64,000 nt of DNA from Phycisphaerae bacterium (GCA_050115495.1 JASFQK010000008.1:32001-96000); one strand, 5' to 3'. Shown: positions 40,183 to 49,221, numbered from the stretch's first letter. The notes: a model not told the origin generated them from the sequence alone. A program made the numbers and translations.

Positions 40183-40690
40183 GGCGGCGGTCTGACTCCT
40201 GGCCCCTCGGTTCGCTTGCTCTTCAATCGCGGCGGGTGGCAGTTCGCGTGAGCGGGCACTCGTGGAGCGAGACGGCGGCCTTCCTGGCGTCGCCCGCGGC
40301 CAAGACGGCGGTCGCCGCACTGCGGACGATGTCGCCGGTCTGGCACGAACTCTTTACAGGGACCGGATGACGAACGCGCGGCTGACGAACGAGTTAGCGG
40401 GCTCCTGACCGCTACAGGCGTGACGTTCGCCTGCGGTGCAGGCGCCGGGATTGTCATCGTGAGGGGCGCCTGCTAGTATCAGGCAGTGGGCAAGGCAAGT
40501 CGAGGCGTTGCGACGGTGCTTGGGCGTCGGCTGCACGCGCAGCGTTCAGGTTGTCCGGGTCCGTTGGGGACCGTCCAGGCAACGCCCGTCGTGGCAGCCG
40601 GATACGAGTTGCCACGATTGCGACAGCGGATGCTCGTCAGAAGCACGTCGATGTTGGTCTTCCAGTGGTCTCGTATGCAGGGGAAGAGAA

Positions 40691-41479
40691 ATGACCGATC
40701 GCGGCTGGCGGACCGTGTACGGCGTCATTCGTGACCCGCTCAGGAAACGGTTTTCAGTGCAGGAACTGCGCGCCGTGTTGGGCAAAGCCGGCTTCGATAT
40801 AGTGGCGCTGCCTCGCGACGATGATCGCGCGAAGATCTTCGCAAAGGTCGACGCAGCGTTTGAGAAGATGTCGGAGCGTGAGAAGGCCGCCGCGCTGTCG
40901 ATCCTCGCGGAGGAACTCACGAAAGGGGACGACGGGCTGCTCCAGGAGTCTCGAACTGCGTTGGAAAGGCATGGCTTCGACTACTTCGACGGCGTGTTCT
41001 CGTATGTGGAGCTATTCGACGAACGAGACCGCCCGTTCGTTCCCGAAAGCGCTATCCCGGATCTTTCCAAAGCACTGACCCGGCTTGCTGACCACGACTA
41101 CAGCGGTGCGATCGGCGCGGCATGTGGTGCTGTCGATTCGGTCACACAGAGAATCTACGCGGCTGCGGGAAGACCAGTTCCTGATGGTTTTCAAGGGAAG
41201 GTGTGCTCAGTGCTCAAGCCCCTTTGGAGCGGACTTGTTTCGCGACTCGTCGATGAAATCGGCATGAGTCAGAGCGATGCGGCCGATCTGGTGAAGTGCC
41301 TGCGAGGCAGCTGTACGTCGTCGTCGAACGCACTGCAGATCATGCGCAGGACCCTCGGAGACGTGCATGGCGATAAGCCTGCCACCGCCCAAACCGCCTA
41401 TTACGCAATCAAATCCGCTGCTGCGCTTTGCGGAATGATGAGCGAAGGTCTGCTTGGAGCACATCCAGTGCCAGCTTAA
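40691..41479 (+). CDS. Putative abortive-infection family (Abi_C-like) protein
   Basis: DYSGAIGAACGAVDSV helix and RRTLGDVHG (HEPN-like R-x4-6-H) motif; atypical codon usage. Confidence 0.55.
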   Translation: MTDRGWRTVYGVIRDPLRKRFSVQELRAVLGKAGFDIVALPRDDDRAKIFAKVDAAFEKMSEREKAAALSILAEELTKGDDGLLQESRTALERHGFDYFDGVFSYVELFDERDRPFVPESAIPDLSKALTRLADHDYSGAIGAACGAVDSVTQRIYAAAGRPVPDGFQGKVCSVLKPLWSGLVSRLVDEIGMSQSDAADLVKCLRGSCTSSSNALQIMRRTLGDVHGDKPATAQTAYYAIKSAAALCGMMSEGLLGAHPVPA

Positions 41480-41752
41480 GGGATCAGGTTCCTCCGCCGG
41501 AGGCGCCGTGGAGAACGGATCTCGGAGAATGCGGCGCGTTCCTGCACTTCCGTCCATACGGCGAAGCCCCTTCGCCGGAAGGCTGGGGGGGTACGGCGTA
41601 GGCCCGAGACAACTCGGGCAGGTGCAACTCGATCAACGGGCTACGATATTGTATGATGGACAAGGAGACTGGTAAGGGTTCTCAAGGTGCGGCGCGGTCG
41701 ACACATCGAGCCGCAGATGAGCGCGAGTCCAGTTGGAGTGAGGAGGCCTCTG

Positions 41753-42868
41753 ATGACGGGGCGGCGGTATGTGCCATTGGTCCTACTCGTGGCATATGGT
41801 TGTTCTGCGAGTCCAGTGGGGGATCGCTCCGCATCCGGGCGTAGTGAAACGGTGAGATCGGCGCGCGGCAATCCGGAAGCAGAAAGGCGCGGCACGGAGC
41901 AGTTGCACGGAGAGCGCAGCTATGCAGCCGACCTTGACGGGCTGCAGGCGTGGGCCGACGCGCTCCAGGAGACAAGAGCGTACTTCGACCTGCGATACGG
42001 ACCGTGTCCGGTCTGCGAAGGCACGGGAAGAGTGAGGAATACGGACCCGGCGCGGCCGCTACTGGTTCCATGCGACTTCTGCGGCGGACGCGGTCGCGTC
42101 CTCGATCTCACGGAGTTGGATGATTTCCTCATGCACGTGCTGTTCGGCTTACCGTTCGCCGTGTGGGACGTAACGACCGAGTATTTGGAGCGCATGCAAC
42201 AGCGAATGGAAAGCGACGCCGATTTCGCCATTGCTGTACGGCGCGCCTCGGCGGTGCTGGGCGTTTCGCTGAACCCATGGGGCCTCGAAGCGGATACACT
42301 CGCCTTGCACGGCGAAGTCGCACAGATCGTAGCGATCAATCTGGGCGAGCTGAATCGTCATGTGATGGAAGTGCATAGGCGAGTAGCGAGCGCAACGCTG
42401 TCTCTCTATGTGGTGGCAGGAGGAGTCAGGCAGATCCTGAGCGATGGGGATCATCTTGTATTTGTCTTGGACGGAATGGCGACCAATCGTATTGATAGGT
42501 CGGCAGAAAGCGTGTCGTTCTTGGTGTGCGCGCCGAGCGCCGATGCTCTACCGGGGCTCAGAGATATACAGCGTTTTCGGCCGCTGATAATCGTCGGCAG
42601 CATTGGCGCCCCAGATTGGCTGGCTGAGGATTGCCCGCTCATCATCGACAATATGCGGTGTGGAGACTGGGAGACGGATGCCTACGCCGAGTTGACGAGG
42701 GCGGTCAGACGGTCCCGCGACCGGTCGGCAGACCGGTTGGTCGGGCTGATTCGTGAATCGGACGTGCCCGTGATTACGGTACGTTCTTCCCAACCACACG
42801 GCGTTGAACGCTTGCTCCAGTTGCTCGGCCAGCGCAGAGCAGACATGTCGCGTTCTGCGGAGCCGTGA
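41753..42868 (+). CDS. Hypothetical lipoprotein with two CxxCxGxG zinc-finger motifs
   Basis: GAGGAGG RBS; LLVAYGC lipobox; CPVCEGTG and CDFCGGRG. Confidence 0.6.
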   Translation: MTGRRYVPLVLLVAYGCSASPVGDRSASGRSETVRSARGNPEAERRGTEQLHGERSYAADLDGLQAWADALQETRAYFDLRYGPCPVCEGTGRVRNTDPARPLLVPCDFCGGRGRVLDLTELDDFLMHVLFGLPFAVWDVTTEYLERMQQRMESDADFAIAVRRASAVLGVSLNPWGLEADTLALHGEVAQIVAINLGELNRHVMEVHRRVASATLSLYVVAGGVRQILSDGDHLVFVLDGMATNRIDRSAESVSFLVCAPSADALPGLRDIQRFRPLIIVGSIGAPDWLAEDCPLIIDNMRCGDWETDAYAELTRAVRRSRDRSADRLVGLIRESDVPVITVRSSQPHGVERLLQLLGQRRADMSRSAEP

Positions 42869-42974
42869 AAGGGTCACCGTTCCATTCGCAATCTCCTCTG
42901 CTGTGCTTGTGCGGTCTATTGCTCGGCGGGAGCACGTCCGGCGGTCCACCGTGAGGGAGGGGAGGCAGCCAACG

Positions 42975-43037
42975 TAGGGCGGGTCTCACCCTCCGAGATG
43001 AACTGCAGAACGAATCGGTGGGTGGAACCCACCCTAC
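42975..43037. repeat. GTAG-type REP doublet (family B: GTAGGGCGGGTnTCACCC ... GGGTGnAACCCGCCCTAC)
   Basis: Further copies at ~49895-49915, ~50784-50806, ~50870-50890, ~61393-61413 and ~62727-62836. Confidence 0.75.
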
Positions 43038-43135
43038 ACACTCGGCGGCTTGGCGTGCTTGGCGCGTAGCAACAAACCGGCCCGGGCGGCCGTCGCCGCG
43101 CGGGCCGGGTGGTGTTACTGGTCGTGTGCCGGGGC

Positions 43136-44572
43136 TTAGGAGGCCGCGGCGGCTTTGGCTTTGGGGGTTTGCGTGAGCAGCCATTCGTGCATTGAGCCGG
43201 CGGCTTTCTTGCCGTCGCCCATGGCCAGAATGACCGTCGCCGCGCCGCGGACAATGTCGCCGCCGGCGAAGACGCCGGGCATGCTCGTGGCGAGCTTGTC
43301 GTCGGCCTCGATATAGCCCCACTTGTTCGTCTTCAGTTCGGGGGTGGCGGCGGTCAGCAGGGGGTTGGCCTTGGTGCCGATCGCCGGGATGGCGACGTCG
43401 CAGGGGACGATGAACTCGGAGCCCTTGATGGGGACCGGCCGCCGGCGGCCGGAGTCGTCGGGTTCGCCGAGCTCCATCTGGATGCACTCGACGCCGGTGA
43501 CCCAACCGGATTCGTCGCCGACGTAGCGGATCGGGTTCGTCAGCAACTTGAAGATGATGCCCTCTTCCTCGGCGTGCTTCACCTCTTCGGCACGGGCGGG
43601 CATTTCGGTGCGGCTGCGGCGGTAGACGAGCGTGGCCGTCTCGGCGCCGAGGCGCTTGGCGGTGCGGACGGAGTCCATGGCCACGTTGCCGCCGCCGATG
43701 ACGACGGCGTTCTTCGGGCGGATGATGGGCGTGTCGAAGTCGGGGAACTCGTAGGCCCGCATGAGGTTCGAGCGGGTGAGGTACTCGTTCGCCGAGTAGA
43801 CGCCCTTGAGGTTCTCGCCGGGGATGTTCATGAAGACGGGCAGGCCGGCGCCGTTGGCGATGAAGAGGGCGTCGAAGCCCTCCTCGCCCAGCAGCTCCTG
43901 GACGGTGAACGTGCGGCCGACGACGACGTTGCAGATGATCTTGACGCCCATCTCGCGCAGGCGGCCGACCTCGGCGTCGATGATCTTGTTGGGCAGGCGG
44001 AACTCGGGGATGCCGTAGGTGAGCACGCCGCCGGGCTGATGCAGGGCCTCGAAGATGGTGACGTCGTGGCCCTTCTTGGCGAGCTCGCCGGCACAGGTCA
44101 GCCCCGCCGGTCCGGAGCCGACGACGGCGACGCGATAGCCGGTGGAGGCGGCGAGGATGGTTTTGATGTCGAGGTTTTCGCGGGCCCAGTCGGCAACGAA
44201 GCGCTCGAGGTGGCCGACGGCGACCGGCGTGCCCTTCTTGCCGCGGATGCAGACCTGCTCGCACTGCTCCTCCTGGGGGCAGACGCGGCCGGTGATGCCG
44301 GGCAGGGCGTTGGCGTCGAGCAGGATGCGGGCGGCACCTTCGAGGTTGCCCTCGGCGATCTGCTCGAGGAAGCCGGGGATGTCGATACCGACGGGGCAGC
44401 CGTAGACGCACTTGCCGTCCTTGCAACGGAGGCAGCGGTCCGCCTCGAGCTTGGCGATGCTCTGCTGGAAGCCGAGGTTGACTTCCTGGAAATCGCGGTT
44501 GCGCACCGTGGCTTCACGTTCGGGCATGTGCTGCCGCTCGATGGCCATCCGCTCTTTGGGGGTCATTGCCAT
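43136..44572 (-). CDS. nfnB: NfnB/SudA-like subunit (annotated in many genomes as homotetrameric NADPH glutamate synthase)
   Basis: EADRCLRC...C...CP, GRVCPQEEQCE, VVGSGPAGL, VIGGGNVAMD, GVFAGGDIVRG. Confidence 0.85.
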   Translation of the reverse strand: MAMTPKERMAIERQHMPEREATVRNRDFQEVNLGFQQSIAKLEADRCLRCKDGKCVYGCPVGIDIPGFLEQIAEGNLEGAARILLDANALPGITGRVCPQEEQCEQVCIRGKKGTPVAVGHLERFVADWARENLDIKTILAASTGYRVAVVGSGPAGLTCAGELAKKGHDVTIFEALHQPGGVLTYGIPEFRLPNKIIDAEVGRLREMGVKIICNVVVGRTFTVQELLGEEGFDALFIANGAGLPVFMNIPGENLKGVYSANEYLTRSNLMRAYEFPDFDTPIIRPKNAVVIGGGNVAMDSVRTAKRLGAETATLVYRRSRTEMPARAEEVKHAEEEGIIFKLLTNPIRYVGDESGWVTGVECIQMELGEPDDSGRRRPVPIKGSEFIVPCDVAIPAIGTKANPLLTAATPELKTNKWGYIEADDKLATSMPGVFAGGDIVRGAATVILAMGDGKKAAGSMHEWLLTQTPKAKAAAAS

Positions 44573-44611
44573 GATGGAGTCACCTGTTAGCGTTGACGGT
44601 CGTGGCCGTGG

Positions 44612-45466
44612 TCAGCGCCCCGCCGCGGCGCCGAGCCTGCACTTGTGCTCGGCGCGGTCGAGGGCTTCCTTCTCCTGCCTGCGGTAGGCGGTGAGACGGT
44701 CGGCCAACTCGGCGAAATTGACGAGGTGGCCGTCGAACTCGGGCCCGTCGACGCAGGCGTACTTGGTTTCGTCGCCGATCGTGACGCGACAGCCGCCGCA
44801 CATGCCGGTGCCGTCGATCATGATGGGGTTGAGCGAGACGATGGTTTTGATGCCGGACTCGCGGGTCAGGTCGCAGATGGCCCGCATCATGGGCACGGGG
44901 CCGGCACAGTAGATGATCTCGATGGGCCGCGATTTGTCGGCCATCATGTCGCGGAGCTTGTCGGCGACGGTGCCCTTGTAGCCGTAGCTGCCGTCGTCGG
45001 TGGTGGCGTAGACGACGTCGGAGACTTCGCGGAGCTCGTCTTCGAGGACGACCAGCTCCTTGGTGCGGCCGCCGGTGATGGAGGAGACGTAGCAGCCGAT
45101 CTCGCGGAGGGCGCGGGCCAGGGGGTAGATGACCGCGGTGCCGACGCCGCCGCCGACGAGGACGGCATGCCCGACCTTCTCGATCTCGGTGGGCTGGCCG
45201 AGGGGGCCCATGACGTCATTGATGAAATCGCCGGTGTTCTTGAGGAAGAGCTCGCGGGTGGTCTTGCCGATGGCCTTGACGATGAGCTCGATGGTGCCGG
45301 CTTGGGGGTCGGCGTGAGCCATGGTCAGGGGGATGCGCTCGCCGGTCTCGCCGAGGCGGATGATGACGAACTGGCCGGGCTTGCGGTGCTTGGCCACCAG
45401 GGGGGCATCGATACGGTACCATTTGACGTCAGAGGCCAGTTGCCTGGCGTCGAGGATCTTGAACAT
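44612..45466 (-). CDS. nfnA: NfnA/SudB-like FAD/[2Fe-2S] subunit
   Basis: PGQFVI, GERIPLT, GPLG, GGGVG, DGTGMCGGCRV...CVDGPEF. Confidence 0.88.
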   Translation of the reverse strand: MFKILDARQLASDVKWYRIDAPLVAKHRKPGQFVIIRLGETGERIPLTMAHADPQAGTIELIVKAIGKTTRELFLKNTGDFINDVMGPLGQPTEIEKVGHAVLVGGGVGTAVIYPLARALREIGCYVSSITGGRTKELVVLEDELREVSDVVYATTDDGSYGYKGTVADKLRDMMADKSRPIEIIYCAGPVPMMRAICDLTRESGIKTIVSLNPIMIDGTGMCGGCRVTIGDETKYACVDGPEFDGHLVNFAELADRLTAYRRQEKEALDRAEHKCRLGAAAGR

Positions 45467-45641
45467 AGGCTGCTCCCGGGCGGGCTGGGCACGGATCTCG
45501 TCAGGGCGCAGTCCAAGAGCCCGCCGACGGCGGAGGGTGAGCAAGAACCGTGCCACCGGGAATGGGGGTTTAGCGCCGGCGACCCCGGGATATCCGGCCT
45601 CGGCTGGGGGATTTTCCCCATCGGCGGTGGCCAGAATGCCG

Positions 45642-46769
45642 TTACGCGCGGAACGTGACCGAGACCGCTTGCAGGGGCTGCGGTCCGTCGGCGGCGAGTC
45701 GGTCGGCGAGGTCGCGGGCCTCCTCCGCCGACGTGCACAGCGTGAAGAACGCCGACCCGGAGCCGGTCATGCGGACGGGGCCGGGGCAGAGTCGGCGGAT
45801 GGCAGTTATCCAGACCCGCAGGTCGGGGTAGGTGGCCAGGGCGGGCTCTTCGAGGTCGTTGAAGAGGATCGCCGACAGGGCGGGCGGGTCGGCGAGGCGG
45901 GCGAGGACGTTGGCGAGGGGCGGGCGGGGCTCGGTCGGCGGGTCGCGGTCCCAGGCGGCATAGACCGCCGGCGTGCGACAGAATCCGCCACCGAGCAGCA
46001 GTATGGCGTGGGTGGTGAGGGGGTCGGCGGCTGGGGCGGCAGGTCGAAGAAGGGGACTGGCGCCGAGCCGGGGGGCCTCGCTGTGCTCAGTTGCCGCCGC
46101 GGGCGAGGTGCCTGTCCCCTCTTCCGACCGTTTGTCGGGGACGTCACGATCGCCGGCGCGCTGGCTTGGTTCGGCGGCGGGCACGCTTGCCGGCGGGCGC
46201 TCAAGCTGCTCGCCGGCAGCGGCAGGTCGGCTTCGGTCGGCGCCGGACTCACTGTCGGTCCGGTCGACGCCCGCGTCGCCTCGTGCCTGACCGGCGAAGA
46301 CGTCCTCGATCTGGTCGCCGCGGCCGCGGAGGATACAGAGCGGGCTGTGGAAGAAGAGTGGCACGTCCGAGCCGAGGGCGGCGCCGATGCGAGCGAGGTC
46401 GGCGACGCCGAGCGACCACAGGTCGTTGAGCAGGGCGAGCGTCGTGGCGGCGTTCGAGCTCCCGCCGCCGAGCCCCGCGCCGGCGGGGATCCGCTTGGCG
46501 AGTTCCAGGTGCACGCCGAAGTCGCTGCCCGTGGCCCGGGCCAGCTCATCGGCGGCCCGAAGGGCCAGGTTCCCCCGGTCGGTCGGCAGGCTCGGGTCGT
46601 CGCAGGAGAGCGTCCGGCGGCCGTCCGGAGCCGGGTGAGCGGTGATCGTGTCGTGCAGCGAGACCCGGGCGACGAGCGACTCGATCTCGTGAAACCCATC
46701 CGGCCGCAAACCAACGACGCGGAGCGTCAGATTGATCTTCGCCGGCGATGAGCGGGTGAGTGGGGGCAT
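45642..46769 (-). CDS. ispE: 4-diphosphocytidyl-2-C-methyl-D-erythritol kinase with a ~90-aa in-frame insertion
   Basis: PAKINLTL, GFHEIES, KRIPAGAGLGGGSSNAA, LGSDVP, NDLE, MTGSGS. Confidence 0.88.
   Translation of the reverse strand: MPPLTRSSPAKINLTLRVVGLRPDGFHEIESLVARVSLHDTITAHPAPDGRRTLSCDDPSLPTDRGNLALRAADELARATGSDFGVHLELAKRIPAGAGLGGGSSNAATTLALLNDLWSLGVADLARIGAALGSDVPLFFHSPLCILRGRGDQIEDVFAGQARGDAGVDRTDSESGADRSRPAAAGEQLERPPASVPAAEPSQRAGDRDVPDKRSEEGTGTSPAAATEHSEAPRLGASPLLRPAAPAADPLTTHAILLLGGGFCRTPAVYAAWDRDPPTEPRPPLANVLARLADPPALSAILFNDLEEPALATYPDLRVWITAIRRLCPGPVRMTGSGSAFFTLCTSAEEARDLADRLAADGPQPLQAVSVTFRA
46046..46124. repeat. Palindromic element inside ispE
   Basis: Terminal inverted repeats GAAGAAGGGGACTGGCGCC / GGTGCCTGTCCCCTCTTC. 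Confidence 0.65.
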
Positions 46770-46929
46770 GGGGGGATTATACGGGAAGTCACCGGCGCAG
46801 GCAGTTGGGATGCGGACGCGCGTGGACTCTCTTGCCGCGGCGTTGGCTGGGAGACTTGAGAAGTGCGGGGGGCCACCAGTCCTGAGCGATTCCGACGAGT
46901 GTCGGGCGACGTTCTCCGACGAAGTCACT

Positions 46930-47973
46930 TCACGCGGTCATGCGCGTGTCCCAGGCTTGCGCCAAGCGTCGCGGCTCGTTTCGCTTCTTCGAGGTAATCC
47001 ACCACTTGCCTCGGCGGGCAGACAATCCTCGGCTGGCCAGCGCGCGCATCACGTGTCGGTCACCGGCTTCAAGTAGTCGCTTGATGTGACGGGCGGGACC
47101 GAAATCGGCCTGCCGGGTGTAGTACATCCAGCCCGCCACCTGCGCTCGTTTGCGTGCAAGCCCTTCGAGGGAATCCGCGCTGACCACCTTCGCCCCACGG
47201 AGGTATGCTTCGGCCAGCGCAAGGGCCTTCGCGGTCTGCTCTGCCACGATCTTCACGCCGCGCCGGTTGTTCACGCGCAGGTTGTGCACTCGTTGCTCGC
47301 GGTGCTGGGCCGCGAATCCGTTCATCCGTAGCTTTCGGGCGTTGATCGACAGACCGTGACCTTCGATTTGCCTCCGCATCGCGTCGCCTGGCCATTCAGC
47401 TAGGCTCGGCGATTGGACCGAGATCACCATGTCGTCATAGGTGCGCGAGTACCGCGAACCGTTCCGCCCGCACGCGGCCGACAGCGCACGATCGGCGTCG
47501 TAAAGGAAGAGGTTCAGCGCATCAGAGCTTACCGGTGAACCTTGTGCCATACGACCACGCACGGTGCACAAGAATGACAGGAGCAGCGCCACGTCCGATC
47601 CAAAACCCATGCCCAGCAGTCGTTTCTTCAATTCAAGCTGGGAGATCGACGGGTAGCAGTCTCGTACGTCTCGTGTGACCACGTAGCGTCGGCCGAGGTG
47701 CCGCCGAGCACTCGTGAAGCATGATCGCGACTTTGCGCCGCCGTGGGCACATGGGTGGGGTGGAACGGCCCGAACCAGGAATCGGTGTAGCTTTCGGAGT
47801 ATCGACTTGGTCTGAGGCTTGGGTGCGTCGATCTCCCTGATCTTCCCGCACACGCGCTTCTGACGCGTCGGTAGAAACGCGGCGTCCATGTTCTTGGCTA
47901 GCGTCCACAGTCTCGCCTCGGACATGCCGACAGCTTTGGCTATGTCAGCGCCCCTCATCGCTTCTGGTTTCAT
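46930..47973 (-). CDS. Retron-like reverse transcriptase (divergent motifs)
   Basis: REIDAP, AHGG, SARRH, DVRDCYPSI, QGSPVS, YSRTYDDMVIS, IN..K, QRVHNLRVN; RT domain only, 347 aa. Confidence 0.88.
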   Translation of the reverse strand: MKPEAMRGADIAKAVGMSEARLWTLAKNMDAAFLPTRQKRVCGKIREIDAPKPQTKSILRKLHRFLVRAVPPHPCAHGGAKSRSCFTSARRHLGRRYVVTRDVRDCYPSISQLELKKRLLGMGFGSDVALLLSFLCTVRGRMAQGSPVSSDALNLFLYDADRALSAACGRNGSRYSRTYDDMVISVQSPSLAEWPGDAMRRQIEGHGLSINARKLRMNGFAAQHREQRVHNLRVNNRRGVKIVAEQTAKALALAEAYLRGAKVVSADSLEGLARKRAQVAGWMYYTRQADFGPARHIKRLLEAGDRHVMRALASRGLSARRGKWWITSKKRNEPRRLAQAWDTRMTA

Positions 47974-48295
47974 CCGTCTCCGTCTCCGACGACAACGTTG
48001 ATCTCAGCTCGTCCTCGACAGACAGCATCTTCTGAATCATTGCGACAAGTGCCTGGCTCACTTGGTCTTCGCTCTGCAAACGTCCGTTAGCAGGTTGCGC
48101 GAGAATGATGAGCACCTCCGGCGGAATCCGCAGGGCATTCGCGAGCCGTCGCAACACATCCAGTGACGGCTGCCGCTCGCCGTTTTCGACGAGGCTTAGA
48201 AACGGAATGCTGACGCCTGCATTGTCGGCGAGCGTAGACAGCCGCATCCCTTTTGCAGCCCGCACTATACGAATGGCCTTGCCAAGCTCTAGCAT
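47945..48295 (-). CDS. XRE/Cro-C1 family HTH protein, overlapping the RT start
   Basis: LGKAIRIVRAAKGM...LADNAGVS..FLSLVENGERQPSLDVLRRLANAL. Confidence 0.88.
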   Translation of the reverse strand: MLELGKAIRIVRAAKGMRLSTLADNAGVSIPFLSLVENGERQPSLDVLRRLANALRIPPEVLIILAQPANGRLQSEDQVSQALVAMIQKMLSVEDELRSTLSSETETDETRSDEGR

Positions 48296-48351
48296 TGGCA
48301 GTCCCTTGAGTTCGATCTGTGAGCACACGCGTTACCCATCGCGCGCTGATA

Positions 48352-48648
48352 TCAGGATGCGAGGAGTGTATCGACCTCTGCCTGGAGTTGATCGAACAGC
48401 AGTTCGAGCTTCTCCGCGAGGTCCATAGCCTCCGCCGCGGCCAGGGTCCGACCGTACCGACCGAGTTCTTCGATCAGCGTGGCCAGAGCGACCGCGTCAT
48501 CCATCGACCCCGAAGTCCCCGAGGCTCTCCGCCGCGCCATTTCTGACGAGAGGAGCTTGCGAATCCGGATGGCGCCATCTTCAACGACGCGAAAGAACTC
48601 GCAGGGCCTGGAGGAACTCCCCGACCACACCAACTCATGATGCTGCAT
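48352..48648 (-). CDS. Small alpha-helical protein (98 aa), candidate effector of the RT system
   Basis: ATG at 48648 preceded by GGAGG; amphipathic helical C-terminal half; co-oriented with HTH and RT. Confidence 0.6.
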   Translation of the reverse strand: MQHHELVWSGSSSRPCEFFRVVEDGAIRIRKLLSSEMARRRASGTSGSMDDAVALATLIEELGRYGRTLAAAEAMDLAEKLELLFDQLQAEVDTLLAS

Positions 48649-48649
48649 A

Positions 48650-48900
48650 CGCAGCCTCCATTGGGTTTGGCGGGAAGAGCATCGCTTCCCGTCGGGGTCC
48701 GACCAGCCGGGGACAGTCCCCGGACTCACGATCGGCAGGCCTGGCAGGGGCCAGGCTCCCGCGGCTAGCGCCGCTCCCGGACGAGCCGGGCAACCTCCCC
48801 GCGACACGAGATCCCGGGGCAGGTGAGGGGTTTGGAGGCTTGGTGCGATCGGTTATTCAGTTTTCAACTGGGCGCGGACAAGCCGGTGGCCCACTAAACT
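48650..48900 (-). ncRNA. Structured non-coding leader / candidate RT-associated ncRNA
   Basis: About 9 consecutive hairpins, most of them enclosed by the AGCCTCCA/TGGAGGCT inverted repeat, between the promoter and the small ORF. Confidence 0.6.
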
Positions 48901-48906
48901 GCGGGT

Positions 48907-48935
48907 ATTATACCACACAAGTAAAATGGAGTCAA
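48907..48935 (-). promoter_or_regulatory. Near-consensus sigma70 promoter driving the RT operon
   Basis: Minus strand TTGACT-N17-TATAAT, extended -10 TG, A/T-rich upstream tract. Confidence 0.8.
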
Positions 48936-49221
48936 CTTTGGTTAAATAATTTTCTCTTTTTCGGACGATCACCTCGCTGCACCGATTGCGCGGTGTGGTG
49001 GTCCTGCAGCGTACACGGCTGCGGGTCAACTCCCTCGCTTTCCGGCGTCAGGACGCCGTAGACGCATTCGTGCACGCGGCGGAGGAGAACTCGGGCCAAG
49101 GCGATCGCGGGTATGGCGCGGCGGGTGGGCTGCGGAGGGGGCACGGCCGGGCGGCAGCGTGTTGGCTGCGGCGCTGTTTTGCTTCTCAGCAGGCGAAAGG
49201 GGTACGTTGCGCCGCGGGGCG

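Noticed and set aside
43136..44572. True glutamate synthase small subunit (gltD)
   Set aside because: No gltB is adjacent, and pairing with an NfnA-like gene indicates a transhydrogenase.
46930..47973. RT as a DGR or group II intron enzyme (FGE/C-type lectin genes are typical DGR targets)
   Set aside because: No DGR-type GNLTSQ motif, no avd-like gene, no template/variable repeat pair seen, and no maturase or endonuclease domain; the motifs are retron-like.
48649..48807. Upstream extension of the small ORF to a GTG at 48807 (151 aa)
   Set aside because: The extension runs through the hairpin array with P/G-rich sequence, whereas the ATG at 48648 has a proper GGAGG RBS.
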